From Mobula hypostoma (Eukaryota): a stretch of DNA of 64,000 nucleotides. Where the stretch lies: contig NC_086097.1 in assembly GCF_963921235.1 (NCBI RefSeq), forward strand, positions 209,996,001-210,060,000. Reading direction: 5' to 3'. Of the stretch, positions 13,277 to 28,259 are shown piece after piece (position 1 is the stretch's first letter; every line of letters starts with the position of its first letter). Position numbers and translations under genes: made by a program. The notes under the pieces were generated by a model, which did not search any database, was not told the origin of the DNA, and worked only from the letters and a program-made list of their open reading frames with translations.

Positions 13277-13675
13277 GTACATTTATTTTTGAGTTGCTGA
13301 TTCAAACTATACCAGGCTTATTCCATTTACGAAAATAGAATGACAATTGGTGTTCCTCAGTGTAAGTTTAAAATCATCATTAATTGATTGCTTCAGCTTC
13401 TAATTTAAATGCATGAGCATATCCTTTATGCAATACATAATGCTAAGTATTCTAAAGGGTACTTTACTGAATAATTTTTAAATATATGTGTAAAAAAAAA
13501 CTGCCTATTAAGTTTTTCAACATTTTTCTTGATGCTCCTGCCTATCATTCACAAGTCAGTGAGCGCAGAAAAAGAGAGGCTTGCATTTATATTCCTTCTT
13601 TTCATGTCCCTCTTAGTCAGTTTTAATTGCTTTTCAATTATGTTCATTTGTAACGTATGGAAATTTTCTGCAGTA

Positions 13676-13991
13676 TTTTGGGCATGTGGCCAAGTGGTTA
13701 AGGCCTTGGACTAGTGACCTAAAGGTTGTGAGTTCGAGCCCCAGCCAAGGCAGCGTGTTGCATCCTTGAGCAAGGCACTTAATCACACATTGCTCTGCGA
13801 CGACACTGGTACCAAGCTGTATGGGTCCTAATGCTCTTCCCTTGGACAACATTGGTGTCGTGGAGAGGGAAGACTTGCAGCATGGGCAACTGCTGGCCTT
13901 CCATACAACCTTGCCCAGGCCTGCGCCCTGGAGAGTGAAGACTTTGCAGGCACAGATCCATGGTCTCGCAAGACTAACGGATGCCTTTACT
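13676..13991 (+). mobile_element. tRNA-headed SINE with RTE-like 3' tail
   Basis: A box TGGCCAAGTGG and B box GTTCGAGCC; tail CCATGGTCTCGCAAGACTAACGGATGCC; degenerate TSD ATTTTCTGCAGTA/ATTTCCTGTAGCA. Confidence 0.8.
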
Positions 13992-14453
13992 ATTTCCTGT
14001 AGCAGGTCTCTCAAATGGCAGTATGATTATGGCATATAATCTATGGTTACAATATTGACTTGAGGATATATATAGGTTGGAAAACTAGGATGACATTAGC
14101 TCTTCAAAGTAAAGCCACAGGATCATTCTGATCCACTTGAGAAGAAAAACAAGGTCTTAATTTAATATTTCTTCCAAAAATGGAATTAACACTCCCACTA
14201 ATGTAGCATTCATTCAGTAAAGCACTGGTCTGTTGACCAACATTTTATATGCTAAAATCTCTGGACACCATTTACTTACAATTGAGCTTGTACACATCCA
14301 TTGTTAGCATTCTCCTGTAATTGGCCCATTTTGATGCATTTGTAGTTTGGTTGAAATATCTAATAGCACCCCCTTCCCATGCTATTAGACATTTGAGCTG
14401 AAAAATAAACTGATTTCTGTTAATAGTGTTAACATATTGCAGATCTTTTACAG

Positions 14454-14615
14454 TGCAAAAGCTGAAGAACCTTAAGAAAAACAAAAAAAGAAGAAAGAAG
14501 AAGAAATTTTGTCATGCTCCATCTGACGTAGTAGCTGTTCCAGAATTGGCCAAATACTGGGCTCAACGCTACAGATTATTTTCTCGTTTTGATGAAGGAG
14601 TCAAACTTGACCAAG
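14454..14615 (+). CDS. TGS1: TGS1 coding exon, basic tract and start of methyltransferase region
   Basis: TTTACAG acceptor; KKNKKRRKKKK...VPELAKYWAQRYRLFSRFDEGVKLDQ, a TGS1 hallmark; AAG|GTTGGA donor in phase 1. Confidence 0.95.
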
Positions 14616-15185
14616 GTTGGAAACTGAATTCTTAAGTTATTAAATCTTGTTTCTCACATGTTCAAACTCAGTACCTATGTGCATCCAGATAATAATTTAG
14701 ATTGCCATGTTTTCAATGTGCCGCATTGTATCAGACTAAATTAGGGTTGCTGTAGGCAAAGACTTCTCTTGAATATTGTTTGCATTCCTTTGGGATAGCC
14801 ATTCATTCATTACTCAGATTGTTTTCCATTGTCTTCAGTATACCATTTCTAAGACTGGACAATCATTTCTCGGCAGTGCTTGAAGTTTTATACCCTTGTA
14901 TCACTATTTCAATTAATTTTGCTTAATCTTGGCTTCATCTGTAGTTGTCAAATCTACAATTGTTGGCCAGAACTACCAGTTGCCTGCCAGGCTCATTCTT
15001 TCAGTTTTAGAATTATTGTTCCCATGGAGTTATTCAACAGGCTTCTTATCTAAATCTTTCTACTTTTTTCACTGACTTATCCTCTTCTGAATTTACAGCG
15101 CTGCGCCAAAGTCCAACCCTAATTTCATTAAAGCTGTTGATAATAGTGGCATTGTTGTTATTTGGCAAACTATTCTTTGTGGAGC

Positions 15186-16040
15186 AGCATGTGCAAAATG
15201 CAGGAGGAACTCCGCAAATCAGTCAGCATCTATGGATGTGAATAAACAGTCGACATTTTGAGCGGAGACACTTCACCAGGACTGGAAAGGAAGGGGGAAG
15301 AAGCCAGAATAAGAAGGTGGGGTGGGGGGAGGGAGGAGTACACAAGGTAGAAGGTGATAGATGAAGCGGTAAGGCCAGGTGGATGAGGATTTAACAAGCA
15401 AGCAGGTGATGGGTGGATAAAGTAAAGAGCTGGAGAAGAAGGAATTTGATGGGAGAGCAAAGAGTTGACCATGGGAGAAAGGGAAGGAGGGGTAGCACCA
15501 GGGGGAGGTGATTGGCAAGTGGAAGAGGAGAGAGAGAACCAGAATGGGGGATGCAAGAAGGCAGGAGCAGGAAAAATTACCAAAAAGTTGGAGAAATCGA
15601 TGTTCATGTCATCAGGTTGGGGGCTACCCAGACAGAATATGAGGTGTTGTTCCCCCAACCTGACAGTGTCCTCATCATTGCAGTAGAAGAGTGTTGGAAT
15701 AAAGGACATGTTGGAATGGGAATGGGGTTTGGGATTAAAATGGTTGGCCTCTGGGAAATCATGCTTTTTGCAGATGACCCAAAGGTGCCCAACAAAGCGG
15801 TCCCCAGACTACATCACGTCTCGCCAATGTAGCAAAGGCTGAATCGAGAGCACCGGATACAGAAGGTGACTGCAACAGATTTACGGGTGAAGTGTTGTCT
15901 CTCCTTGAGTGGAGGAGTGAATGGGCATGTGTAGCACTTCTTCCACTCACAGAGATAAATGCCAGGAAGGGGATTAATGGGGAGGGACAAATGAACAAGA
16001 GAATCATGGAGGGATTGGTCCCTACAGAGAGTTGGGGGGG
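15186..16040 (-). mobile_element. Penelope-like element 3' fragment (GIY-YIG remnant and pLTR)
   Basis: Minus strand LFYCNDEDTVRLGEQHLIFCLGSPQPDDMNIDFSNF is homologous to the C-terminus of ORF 27136-27876. Confidence 0.88.
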
Positions 16041-16574
16041 GGAGCCGAATTATGTCCCTACCACTAAATATTAAGCTATAATTTTAGTCTATGCCTTCCC
16101 CCCACCTCACCTCTTGCCCCTCTCCCCACTACTGAAGATCTTTCCTGTATAGTTTCCAACTTCATAAACTGCTCTGCTCTTTGCAACCTGCCTCGGCCTT
16201 TCTTCTCACAATCTAGTTCTTCTCTGGCAGATCTGCTTCCTTTTTTTTCTCTCCGGTTGTTTCCAAGTACATCTTATAATCTCTAGTACTTTTAACATAT
16301 TTTATTTCCTGAATTAAAATAGTTTAATTGTTTATTTTTTAATAATTTTAGTTCCTTGACAACTCCAACTCCTACTTCCCTTGCAGCCTCCCTCCAATGC
16401 CCAGCCATGGTCACAAGAAGTCCTATTTCACTCCAAATGCATCGTGATCCTGTTCCACCTGCCTCAACTTTTTTTTTAATCACACAGAACTGTGTTTTCC
16501 TTTGATTCATTCTTTGAATAAGAATTGTTGGTTTGAAAAGTTCTTGAGTTCTAACTATTCCAGTTTTCTTTCAC

Positions 16575-16760
16575 AAACAAGAGAATATCGGAAGATACTG
16601 GAAATCCAAGCAACACACACAAAATGCTGGAGGAACTCAGCAGACCAGGCAATACCTATGGAAAAGAAGAGTCTCAGCTGGAAATGTCAAGCGTTTACTC
16701 TTTTCCATAGATGCTGCTTGGCCTGCTGAGTTCCTTGAGCATTTTGTCTATGTTGCTCAG
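16575..16760. repeat. Penelope pLTR-derived fold-back repeat
   Basis: Inverted arms AATGCTGGAGGAACTCAGCAG and CTGCTGAGTTCCTTGAGCATT. Confidence 0.7.
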
Positions 16761-17151
16761 CTTTCTACTTCAGTCATTTTCCCCCTTTTTATAACATATT
16801 TCTATTATTTTACTTCCATTCAACCTCAACCATTATTTCTGCTTCGCTCTCCACAAATGTTCGAAAGCCTTCCAAGCACCTTATCATTCACTGCTTTCTA
16901 CTTTTCTGCTTTTTGCTTCACTCAGTGAGGGACAGTTCCCATCAGCCTGGTGTCATATGGTCAAGTATTGCCTAGATGTCAAAGCAATCTCTTTCACCTT
17001 AAGTTTTAGCTAAGATTGTGACCTGGTCTGGAGCTGAGCTGTTCTGGAGGGCTTGAGCGAAGAATCAGTCACAGGTTATTGGTGACCAAATGTTGCTAGA
17101 TAGCAGGGTCAACAACATCTTTGATCGGTTCATAAACAAGAGAAAATCTGT

Positions 17152-17822
17152 TTCACAAACAAGAGAAAATATGCAGATGCCAGAAATCCAAGCAACACAC
17201 ACACACAGTGCTGGAGGAACTCAGCAGGCCAGGCAGCATCTAGGAAAAGAGTGAAGTTGACGTTTCGGGCCTGTGCTCCATCCACCAGAACAAGTGGGAT
17301 CTCCCAGTGGCCACCCATTTTAATTTTACTACTTACTCCCATTCTGATATGTCTATCCATGGCCACCTCCACTGTCATGATGAGGCCACACTTAGGTTGG
17401 AAGAACAACATTTTGTATTCTCTTTGGGTATCCTCCAACCCGATGGAATGAGCATTGATTTTCAAACTTCTGGTAATGCCCCCTACTCCCCGTCCTTCAC
17501 CATTTCCCATCCCTTCCCCCCCCCTCACTTTTTCTCCTTGCACGCCCATAGCTTCCCTCTGGTGCTCCTCACCCTTTTCTTTCTTCCATGGTCTTTTGTC
17601 TCTTTCACCAATGAGCTTCACTGCTCTTTGCTTCATTCTTCCCCCTCCAGGTTTCACCTATCATCTTGTGTTTCTCTGTTCCCTCCCCCCACCTTTTAAA
17701 TCTACTCCCTAGCTTTTTTTTCTCCAGTCCTGCCGAAGGGTTTTGGCCTGAAACGTCAAATGTACTCTTTTTTTTCCAGATGCTGCCTGGCCTGCTGAGT
17801 TCCTCCAGCATTTTGTGTGTCG
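17152..17822 (+). mobile_element. Penelope-like element 3' fragment with inverted 5' pLTR
   Basis: ATHFNFTTYSHSDMSIHGHLHCHDEATLRLEEQH remnant; inverted arms at 17200-17270 and 17745-17820. Confidence 0.88.
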
Positions 17823-18989
17823 TTGATCACTTAGATGATTCAGAGTAGTCTAATGGGACTGTAATTGATCAAATTGAATTTGTCCTGCTTTTTGCAGATG
17901 ACATGACTGGTCATCTACATTGGGCAGGTGCTGTTAAAAGTTCTGGAGTAACAATCTTCTTCCAGTTTAACTAAATTGTCGGTCATTTGCCAGCAACAGT
18001 AAATTTTTTCCTCTATCCCTGACCTGCTGATTATTTCCCATGTTTTCTGCTTTATTTCTGATCTTCTGAATCTGCAGTGTTTCCTTGAAATTTAATATTT
18101 TGTATACAGTATTTGTATAGTTATCACTACCAAATTATTGTGACAAAGTGACAAAACTCACCTCTATTCATCCTGCAGGTTTGATAACAAGCATCCTGTT
18201 GCCTGTCTCTTTAACTTCCTGCTGCCCTTTTCCTCTTCTGATCTACATTTTCCGATGAAGCTTAAAATTAATTGGTGCATTACCTCATTTTTCTAATAAA
18301 CTTGTTACATCTTTGCAATTCTTACTTTAAAACTCCTTTAGACATTGTTGACATGTTGCAGTACCTTATATCATTTATTATCTTCCTATTATCACCCTCT
18401 TCTGTTTCTCTAAATTTCGCACTATTCCTGCAATAATGTTACATCTAAGTTTCACAAGTTTTGATATACTTTACTAACTTTGTCATTCTTTTCCTTTGCC
18501 CACAGAAACTGGTTGACTTCCTCAATATTCCAGCATTATGTTTTTATTTCCTCTTTGCAGCATATCGAGTATTTTGGGTTTTTTTTCTGTTCTTGCTGTC
18601 CTCAATGTATTGGCCTTTCTGGTCTTTAAACTTGTATGCATTGTTATGGGTGTCACTATGTTTATGACACAATGTTCTATCTTGGCCTCCATTCTATACA
18701 ACTTCATATACATTTGAAATTCTTTCATTTATCTGAATTTTAAATCTTGAGGGTAATCTTTTTGTGGTGAATGTAGTGTTTTCTAGATTTCTACCAAGGC
18801 AGAGTTAGTAGCTTGGCAGTCAATTACCATTATTTTTGCTCATCAGCTTTTCCTATATTCTTGGGAGGGTGATGTATCCTTCATCTATAGATAAGATTTT
18901 TTGTCCTGTTAATGATTTCAGTGCTAATGGGGAGCTGAGAAATGTCTAAATGGTATCTTATTCTCATTATCAAGCAACTTGCTATGTGA

Positions 18990-19166
<177 letters not shown>

Positions 19167-19559
19167 TGACTTAAACCTGCTTACATTACCATCCTGCAGA
19201 AATCAAGCTATGACTTTTTTTTAATACAAACTAGTATTTCACAATCATTTATCAGTTGAAATGAGTAGGTTTTAAGCATGATGGTGCAGGAAACTAACCT
19301 GTGGCACTTTGGAGATTTTGTATTTTTACTTTTACAGAGCCTTTCAATTCAGATCTATAAAAATTGCTTTATGAATAGTGTTTATTCCTTTTATGTGATG
19401 AACAGATATCAATTTGAGCAATTTCAAGTGATAACCATGCATATAGCAATCAAGTACTGTGTGAGCAGATTTTCATTTTTGTTTAATATTATCGATGTTC
19501 AGGTCTAGTAAAGTACAAGTATGTGCTTTCCGGAATTTTTCAGTGTTTATAAGAATAGA

Positions 19560-20245
19560 GAATTTTCTGGTTCATATTCATTTATCCATCACGTACATCA
19601 AAACATGAAGTGAAATGTGTTATTTGCATTAATAACCAATCTAAAGATGTGCTGGAGGAAGCCAGATTCTGGTGCCAATGTAACATGCCCATCATAATCA
19701 TAGGACCACGCAAGCAACAACAGCAAATCTAGCCCCTTACCTCCTTCCCATCCACCTATATGTGTGTGCACATAGGCAGTACCTTAACCCCAGAATAAGG
19801 TATCTCTGGCCCTTCAGCTTCAAGTGGAAGTACTCACAGCCATTGGACCAACTTCCCCACTGGCCATCAGGCCTCAACATTGAGGCATCTGATTGTCCTT
19901 TGGGCTTTGATCTTCAATATCAATCCAAGGACTTAACAGTGACTACGAATGAGGACCCCAATCTCCAGTCCTCGAACCCCAGACTCCCCAATGATGGGAC
20001 CCTGAGCATCAGGCCTCGAACTCTGGTCTCACCAACTCACATACCTGGAGGGTCACTAGCCCTCATGCCTTCTACCGGCATAGAGCCCTGACCTGACCTC
20101 TAATTCCCCCACATCCCTGCCCATAAACCCTAACCTGACCCTCTAACTCCTTTCTCTGTCTTCAAAACCATCCCTACAAACCCAAAAGACAACCCAGTCT
20201 AAGCCATGACCTCAGCAGAGACTATAGCTTGGTGCCTTCTTGATC
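19560..20245 (-). repeat. Unclassified interspersed repeat; second partial copy at about 32140-32345
   Basis: 20085-20240 aligns by eye to 32195-32345 (CCCTGCCC..AAACC..AACCTGACCC..TAACTCC..AAAACCA.CCCTACAAACC). Confidence 0.55.
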
Positions 20246-21379
20246 AGAAGCACAATTCAGACTCGTAGTTTAGTAGTTTACATCTACAGACAGCTTCAAA
20301 CATTCTAAGGTTGTATATTACTAGATTCAGATTAATGCACTTTGGTCTATTGCAATCTAAGAAAGACATAGTGATTACTGTAAAACACTGGAGGAACTCA
20401 GCAGGTGAGGTAGAATCTATGGAAAGGAATAAACAGTTAATATTTCAGGCTGAGACTTAATCAGGACCTGGGGGATTGCTGTGTACACTTTGATAAAGCT
20501 GCTCCATAACTCATACCTTAAAGACATTAGAAACATAGTCATTGTGTTCTTGGTGTTCCTTCACTTTCCATTTTTATCCAGAATTACCATGCTGTAATGT
20601 GAACATTGATTACAGTCACTCTTTGAAAAGTTTTATCAAAGAAGAAACTATTTAACTGGCAGCAGAGGTTATCATGTCATCTTCCAGGGATCTCAAGGCT
20701 AAAGTGAGCAACGTAACATTTGACAGTCACATTTTTAGCAGTGAGTAAACTGTGATCTTCATAATAAGTTAGTTTCAGCAGATAGGAAAGCCGTTTGTAA
20801 GAGCATGGCACCTAATCCCAACCCACCCTATCCCCAAAGCCTTGCATTTTTGTATTTTGAATGCTGACTCAATTTTCCTTTAGAAATCTGCATTTTGCTC
20901 CACTTCCAAACAGTCATTCGCACTTGTAACGCGCTTGATGATCAAAAAGTGTTCTTTCCTTACAATGCCTTGGGTTCTTTTGCTGATCTATATCCATTGT
21001 TGCTCCGGATTTTCAGCATCCGCAGAACCTTTTGTAATTCAGTGATTCGGAACCAGTGGCTCACAATTCTTCCATAAATCAGAATAGATTCTCTCTATTA
21101 CATCTCTTCCTAAGGTTTTTGCCTAAGGGCAAATAGTCCCAGCTCCTTTTCAGACAACATGTTTCTTATCCCTGAAACTGTTAAGACAAATTGCTTGTTT
21201 CCTCCCCAAGAGACAGTGTCCAGTTCTGTATTATTTCATACTCCATGCCTTTATTTATGAAAACAAAGTTAAAATGGACTTGTTGTAAGGAGTTCAGTGA
21301 AACCATCTCTCACTGCTCCCCATCTGTGATTTCTTCGGCTCTTCAACTTTTCGACCAGACTTTGACTCAAACTCGCTAT

Positions 21380-21415
21380 AGTCCTGACGAAGGGTCTCGG
21401 CCTGAAACGTCGACT
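21380..21415 (+). ncRNA. Minimal type I hammerhead ribozyme motif in a Penelope pLTR fragment (21380-21480)
   Basis: AGTC-CTGACGA-AGGGTCTCGGCCT-GAAAC-GTC-GACT: stem I AGUC/GACU, core CUGANGA and GAAA, GUC cleavage triplet. Confidence 0.7.
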
Positions 21416-22026
21416 GCGCCTCTTCCTATAGATGCTGCCTGGCCTGCTGCGTTCACCAGCAACTTTGATGTATGTTGTTGTAATTTGACATCATATTCAA
21501 TTTGAGCACTGAGTTCTCATTGCAAAGGAACAATTATCTATTTTAATTTGATTGAAAGATAAATAGTCGTTAGGATATGGAGAAGTGCATTGCTTAGAAA
21601 ACAATCCTAAAGGATTGTGCTACAGAAAGGACTGTTTAATATTCATCTGAAAAGAGGGTATTGATACCTGACATTGAAGGAGTCACCACCTTTTTAAAGT
21701 GAAGAAATTGGAAACTTAGAATCAAATGACCTACAAATGTTTGTAAATTATAGGTGTTTAGGTACATTCATTTCTGCTTTCAGCACAATTTCAGGCTGGC
21801 GATTTCCCATCATGCCAGTTGTCATTTGCTGCTTTTGCCCATCATACAGATGTACCTTTCATCAGTTAAATTTCTTGCCAAAATAACTCTGTGACATAAA
21901 GCCTAAAGGAATATTTCCTCGTAGGATGAAGCAGTACTTAATTGAACCTGGAATTTGATAGGTTTTCAAAATAAATATTTTAGCTAAAAGTGATCTTTGA
22001 CAGTGAGATTTGTTGATTCTTTTTGA

Positions 22027-23669
<1,643 letters not shown>

Positions 23670-26012
23670 TAACTGAAATGCTCCCGTGCACATAGCCTTT
23701 CTTGCCCACACAGTGGAATTTGCTTTTATATAATATAATTTTGAAATCTGTTAATATAATTGTGAAATTCCCTGTAATTAGTTATGCGTTAATGAACATA
23801 ATCCAAACATTTTCTAAATAGTAAACATACCACAATTTTTACTTTGAAACATTTAAGATCTTCAATGTATTTACATTGCAAATGTTTTAAGTTACAACAC
23901 TGTTACAAATTGTAACAATAAACATGGAAGTCAGTAACTCATTGTTAATAAATCACCAGCCCGATGAGCACCAATACTGTTTAAAGTGCTGTGTAGTTTT
24001 CAGGATGTGTAAAAACTTCCCATTCAAAGCAATGCTTGGTCTGCGCAGCTGTTTTAAAGAAAATAATGGAGGGAACATTGCTCAGTATCTGACATTAAAA
24101 ATGAACCACAGTACCAGGTGATTAAAATTTTGTGGATTAATAACTAACTATCTCTTGCTCTGTTGCACATGACTAACTTGTTTTGTCCTTGGGTTTCATG
24201 TGATTTAAACTCATTTTAGGAAATGTCTGCATACTTCAAAAAGTTAGTAGTTGTGTTTTGATGAGTTGGATGATCAGCCATGATCATACTGAATGGCAGT
24301 GCAGGCTTGAAGGGCCGAATGGCCTACTCCTGCACCTGTTTTCTGTGATCTTCGGTTTTGTAGACACTCAGTTGTGATTTTTGAACAGCGTAAGTCTAAA
24401 CTATATTATTCAATAAACTATTCGAGCTGAAAGAATAGAGCTATTGCTTCCAACACAAATGGCACCACGGTAGCATAGCGGTTACTGTTATTTCTGTAAG
24501 GAGTCTCTGTACATCCTCCCTGCGGAATGCATGGGTTTTCTCCAGGCCCTCTGGTTTCCTCAAGCAGTCCAAAGATAAACCAGGTAGGTTAGTTGGTCAT
24601 TGTAAAAGTGTCCCATGATTAGATTAGGTTTAATTTGGGGATGTCAGGAGTTGCTGGGTGGTGCAGCCTGAAGGGCTCATTCTGTGCTGCATCTCAAAAT
24701 TAATTTAGAAAAATCAAGCTGTTTTTCATTGTGCAGTGAACACATTTATATAAAATAAAACAAAAAATATTGGAAATACTCAGCAAGCCATATAGCATCC
24801 TTAGAGAGGGGAGTGTTAATCAGTTTGCTGACTTTTTCATAAATTTGTAATAACATTAAAATAACATACCTTAATTTTATCCAGGTATAGATTTTGTTTT
24901 ATACTTTCCTCTTGGTGTAAATGCAATTACTCAGTGTTGGAAATTTGAAGTTTAAAGGAGTTTCAGAAAAAAGTTTTAGTTTCAATAAATCTGACTTTTT
25001 GCAGAAACTAAATACTGTAGGAGGAACTTATTGGTATGCATGTCTATTTTTTAATTAATCATCTAAAAAAAACAGTTGCAGCTGAAATGTTGTTGTAACA
25101 TTTTCACTGATAATAATAATTGTCTGACTTCCTATCACAAATCCGGAATAAACATACTCTCTACATTTACATTATATTTCCACCAGATGGCATTTGTACC
25201 ACACTGACAAGTAGATTAAATGTGTATTATTTTATTTTAATTTTTGTTTAGTAATACAGTGCGGAGTGGACCTTTCCAGAAACGAGCACCTGGGGAAGAG
25301 AAACACGCATCCCATGGGGAGGGTGTACAGAGACTCCTTACGGAATGGTGCCGGAATTGAGCTCTGTACTCTGGAACGTCCCAAGCTGTAATAGTGTCGC
25401 GCTAACGGCTATGCCACCATGGCGCCAAATTACTATCAACTTCATGGTCAGGTTATTGGTGTTTCTTGTGATGACTGCATTAGAGTCAGAAGAACACCTG
25501 AAAAGGTTCATGAGGAATAAAAGGCTTTCTGGTTGGTTTTCAAGTGGTCTAGGTCCAGAGGCGTAACAATATAACAATGAAAGATGCGGGAAATGGTATT
25601 GTTTGAACTGTTGTATAATCAGGGCTATAAATATAGCAAAAAATCAAATTGAAAGCTAAATGCTGGAAATCTGAAATTTTAAAAAGACACGTGGCAGACT
25701 GGCATCATCTGTGGAAAAAGAAACGGATAACACTTAGTGTCTGAAACTTATGTCAGAACTCATCTGCTGAGTGTTTTCAGCATTTCCTGATTTCACTTTG
25801 TATAGAAAATCTTCTTTCTTTTCACATTCTAACCTTGTTGATAAATAATTATTCCACTATCCTTTCTGACTATTTTCTACCAAACCAATGTGTATAGGTA
25901 GTTATGTGCTGGGAGATAAATTTCTTTGAACAACCAATATTCCCTGATCTTCATCATGTACCAAGTATTAATCTAACATTATTTTTGGTTCAGTGGGTTG
26001 ATTTAACAATTA

Positions 26013-28259
26013 CACGAGGAAATCTGCAGGTGCTGGAATTTCAAGCAACACACATAAAAGTTGCTGGTGAACGCAGCAGGCCAAGCAGCATCTCTAGGAA
26101 GAGGTACAGTCGACATTTCAGGCTGAGACCCTTCGTCAGGACTAACTGAAAGAAGAGCTAGTAAAAGATTTGAAAGTGGGAGGGGGAGGGGGAGATCCGA
26201 AATGATAGGAAAAGACAGGAATCAGAATCCTTTATTATCGCCAAGTATGTGGACACATACAGGGAATTTGATGCCGGTTTCCCTGAGCTCTCGCTGTACA
26301 GAATCAAAAAGCAAACAAAACAATAGTGCAAATAATCGTGAACTATATACAATGAGGTATACCTGTGTATGTACAGGTGGACTTGGTTTATAATAGACTA
26401 AAATTCAAGTGTTCATAAGACTGATGGCATATGGAAAGAAACTGCTCTTGTACCTATTTGTCCTGGCATACAGTGATCTAAAGTGCCTACCAGAAGGAAG
26501 GAGTTGGAACAGGTGATGTCCAGGGTGTGATGGGTCTACAATGATGCTGCTTGCTCACTTCCTGACTGTAGATGCATATAAGTTCTGGATTGAGGGCAGC
26601 TTCACACCAATAATCCTTTCCACAGCCCTGACGGTTCTTTGGAGTCTATTTTTGTCTTGTTTGGTAGCTGATCCAAACCAGACGGGGGGGGAGGTGGGGG
26701 AGGGAGGGATGGACCCGTGTGGGTCCCAGCTATGCCTGCCTTTTTGTTGGCTTTGTAGAACAATCCATGTTCCAAACCTATTCTGGTATCTGTCCCCCAC
26801 TTTTCCTTCACTACATCAACGAACGACTGCATTGGCGCTGCTTCCTGCACACATGCTGAGCTCATTGGCTTCATTAACTTTGCCTCCACCTTTCACCCTG
26901 CCCTCAAGTTTACCTGGTCCATTTCCGACACCTCCCTCCCCTTTCTAGATCTTTCTGTCTCTTTCTCTGGGGACAGCTTATCTGTTGATGTCTACTATAA
27001 GCCTACTGACTCTCACAGCTGGACTATTCCTCTTCTCACCCTGTCTCTTGCAAAAATGCCATCCCCGTCTCGCAATTCCTCCGTCTCCGCCGCATCTGCT
27101 CTCAGGATGAGGCTTTTCATTCCAGAACGAAGGAGATGTCCTTTTTTTTAAAGAAAGGGGCTTCCCTTCCTCCACCATCAACTCTGCTCTCAAACGCATC
27201 TTCCCCCATTTCACACACATCTACTCTCACTCCATCCTCCCGCCACCCCACTAGGAATAGGGTTCCCCTTGTCCTCACCTACCACCCCACCAGCCTCCGG
27301 GTCCAACATATAATTCTCCGTAACTTCCGCCACCTCCAACGGGATCCCACCACCAAGCATATCTTTCCCTCCCCCCCCTCTGCTTTCCGCAGGGATCGCT
27401 CCCTACACGACTCCCTTGTCCATTCGTCCCCTCCATCCCTCCCCGCCGATCTCCCTCCTGGCACTTATCCTTGTAAGCGGAACAAGTGCTACACATGCCC
27501 TTACATTTCCTCCCTCACTACCATTCAGGGCCCCAGACAGTCCTTCCAGGTGAGGCGACACTTCACCTGTGAGTCGGCTGGGGTGATACACTGCGTCCGG
27601 TGCTCCCGATGCGGCCTTCCATATATTGGCGAAACTCGATGCAGACTGGGAGATCATTTCGCTGAATACCTACGCTCTGTCCGCCAGAGAAAGGAGGATC
27701 TCCCAATGGCCACACATTTTAATTCCACGTCCCATTCCCATTCTGATATGTCTATCCACGGCCTCCTCTACTGTCAAGATGAAGCCACACTCAGGTTGGA
27801 GGAACAACACCTTGTATTCCGTCTGGGTCGCCTGCAACCTGATGGCATGGATATTGACTTCTCAAACTTCCGCTAATGCCCTACCTCCCCCTCGTACCCC
27901 ATCCGTTATGTATTCATTTATATACACACATTCTTTTTCTCTCTCTCCTTTTTCTCCCTCTGTTCCTCTCACCCATCCTCTGGGTTTCCCCTCTCCCCCT
28001 TTTCTTTCTCCCTGGGCCTCCTGTCCCATGATCCTCTCATATCTCTTTTGCCAATCACCTGTCCAGCTCTTGGCTCCATCCCTCCCCCTCCTGTCTTCTC
28101 CTATCATTTCGGATCTCCCCCTCCCCATCCCACTTTCAAATCTCTTACTAGCTCTTCTTTCAGTTAGTCCTGACGAAGGGTCTCGGCCCAAAACGTCGAC
28201 TGTATCTCTTCCTAGAGATGCTGCCAGGCCTGCTGCGTTCACCAGCAACTTTGATGTGT
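26013..28259 (+). mobile_element. Penelope-like element, 5'-truncated, with inverted pLTR and TSD
   Basis: RT remnant (GPSYACLF) from 26713; GIY-YIG ORF 27136-27876 (VIHCVRCSRCGLPYIGETR); 26048-26220 is the inverse of 28088-28259; perfect flanking direct repeat GTTGATTTAACAATTA at 25997-26012 and 28260-28275. Confidence 0.93.
26221..26680 (-). mobile_element. Rex-type LINE 3' fragment nested in the Penelope inverted pLTR
   Basis: Minus strand WFGSATKQDKNRLQRTVRAVERIIG; tail AATAAAGGATTCTGAT. Confidence 0.85.

Noticed and set aside
13679..13750. tRNA gene
   Set aside because: A and B boxes are present but run into a SINE body and tail; I could not assign a full cloverleaf.
14616..14635. Read-through GWKLNS* as the TGS1 C-terminus
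   Set aside because: Intron sequence; the conserved EGWFSVTPE continues at 19012.
18874..18882. GTATCCTTC, a U12-like donor in a TGS1 intron
   Set aside because: No upstream exon or matching U12 branch site found; the flanking exons join correctly through GT-AG.
20120..20150. Telomere-like CCCTAA motif
   Set aside because: Not a tandem array; part of an interspersed repeat also seen near 32.2 kb.
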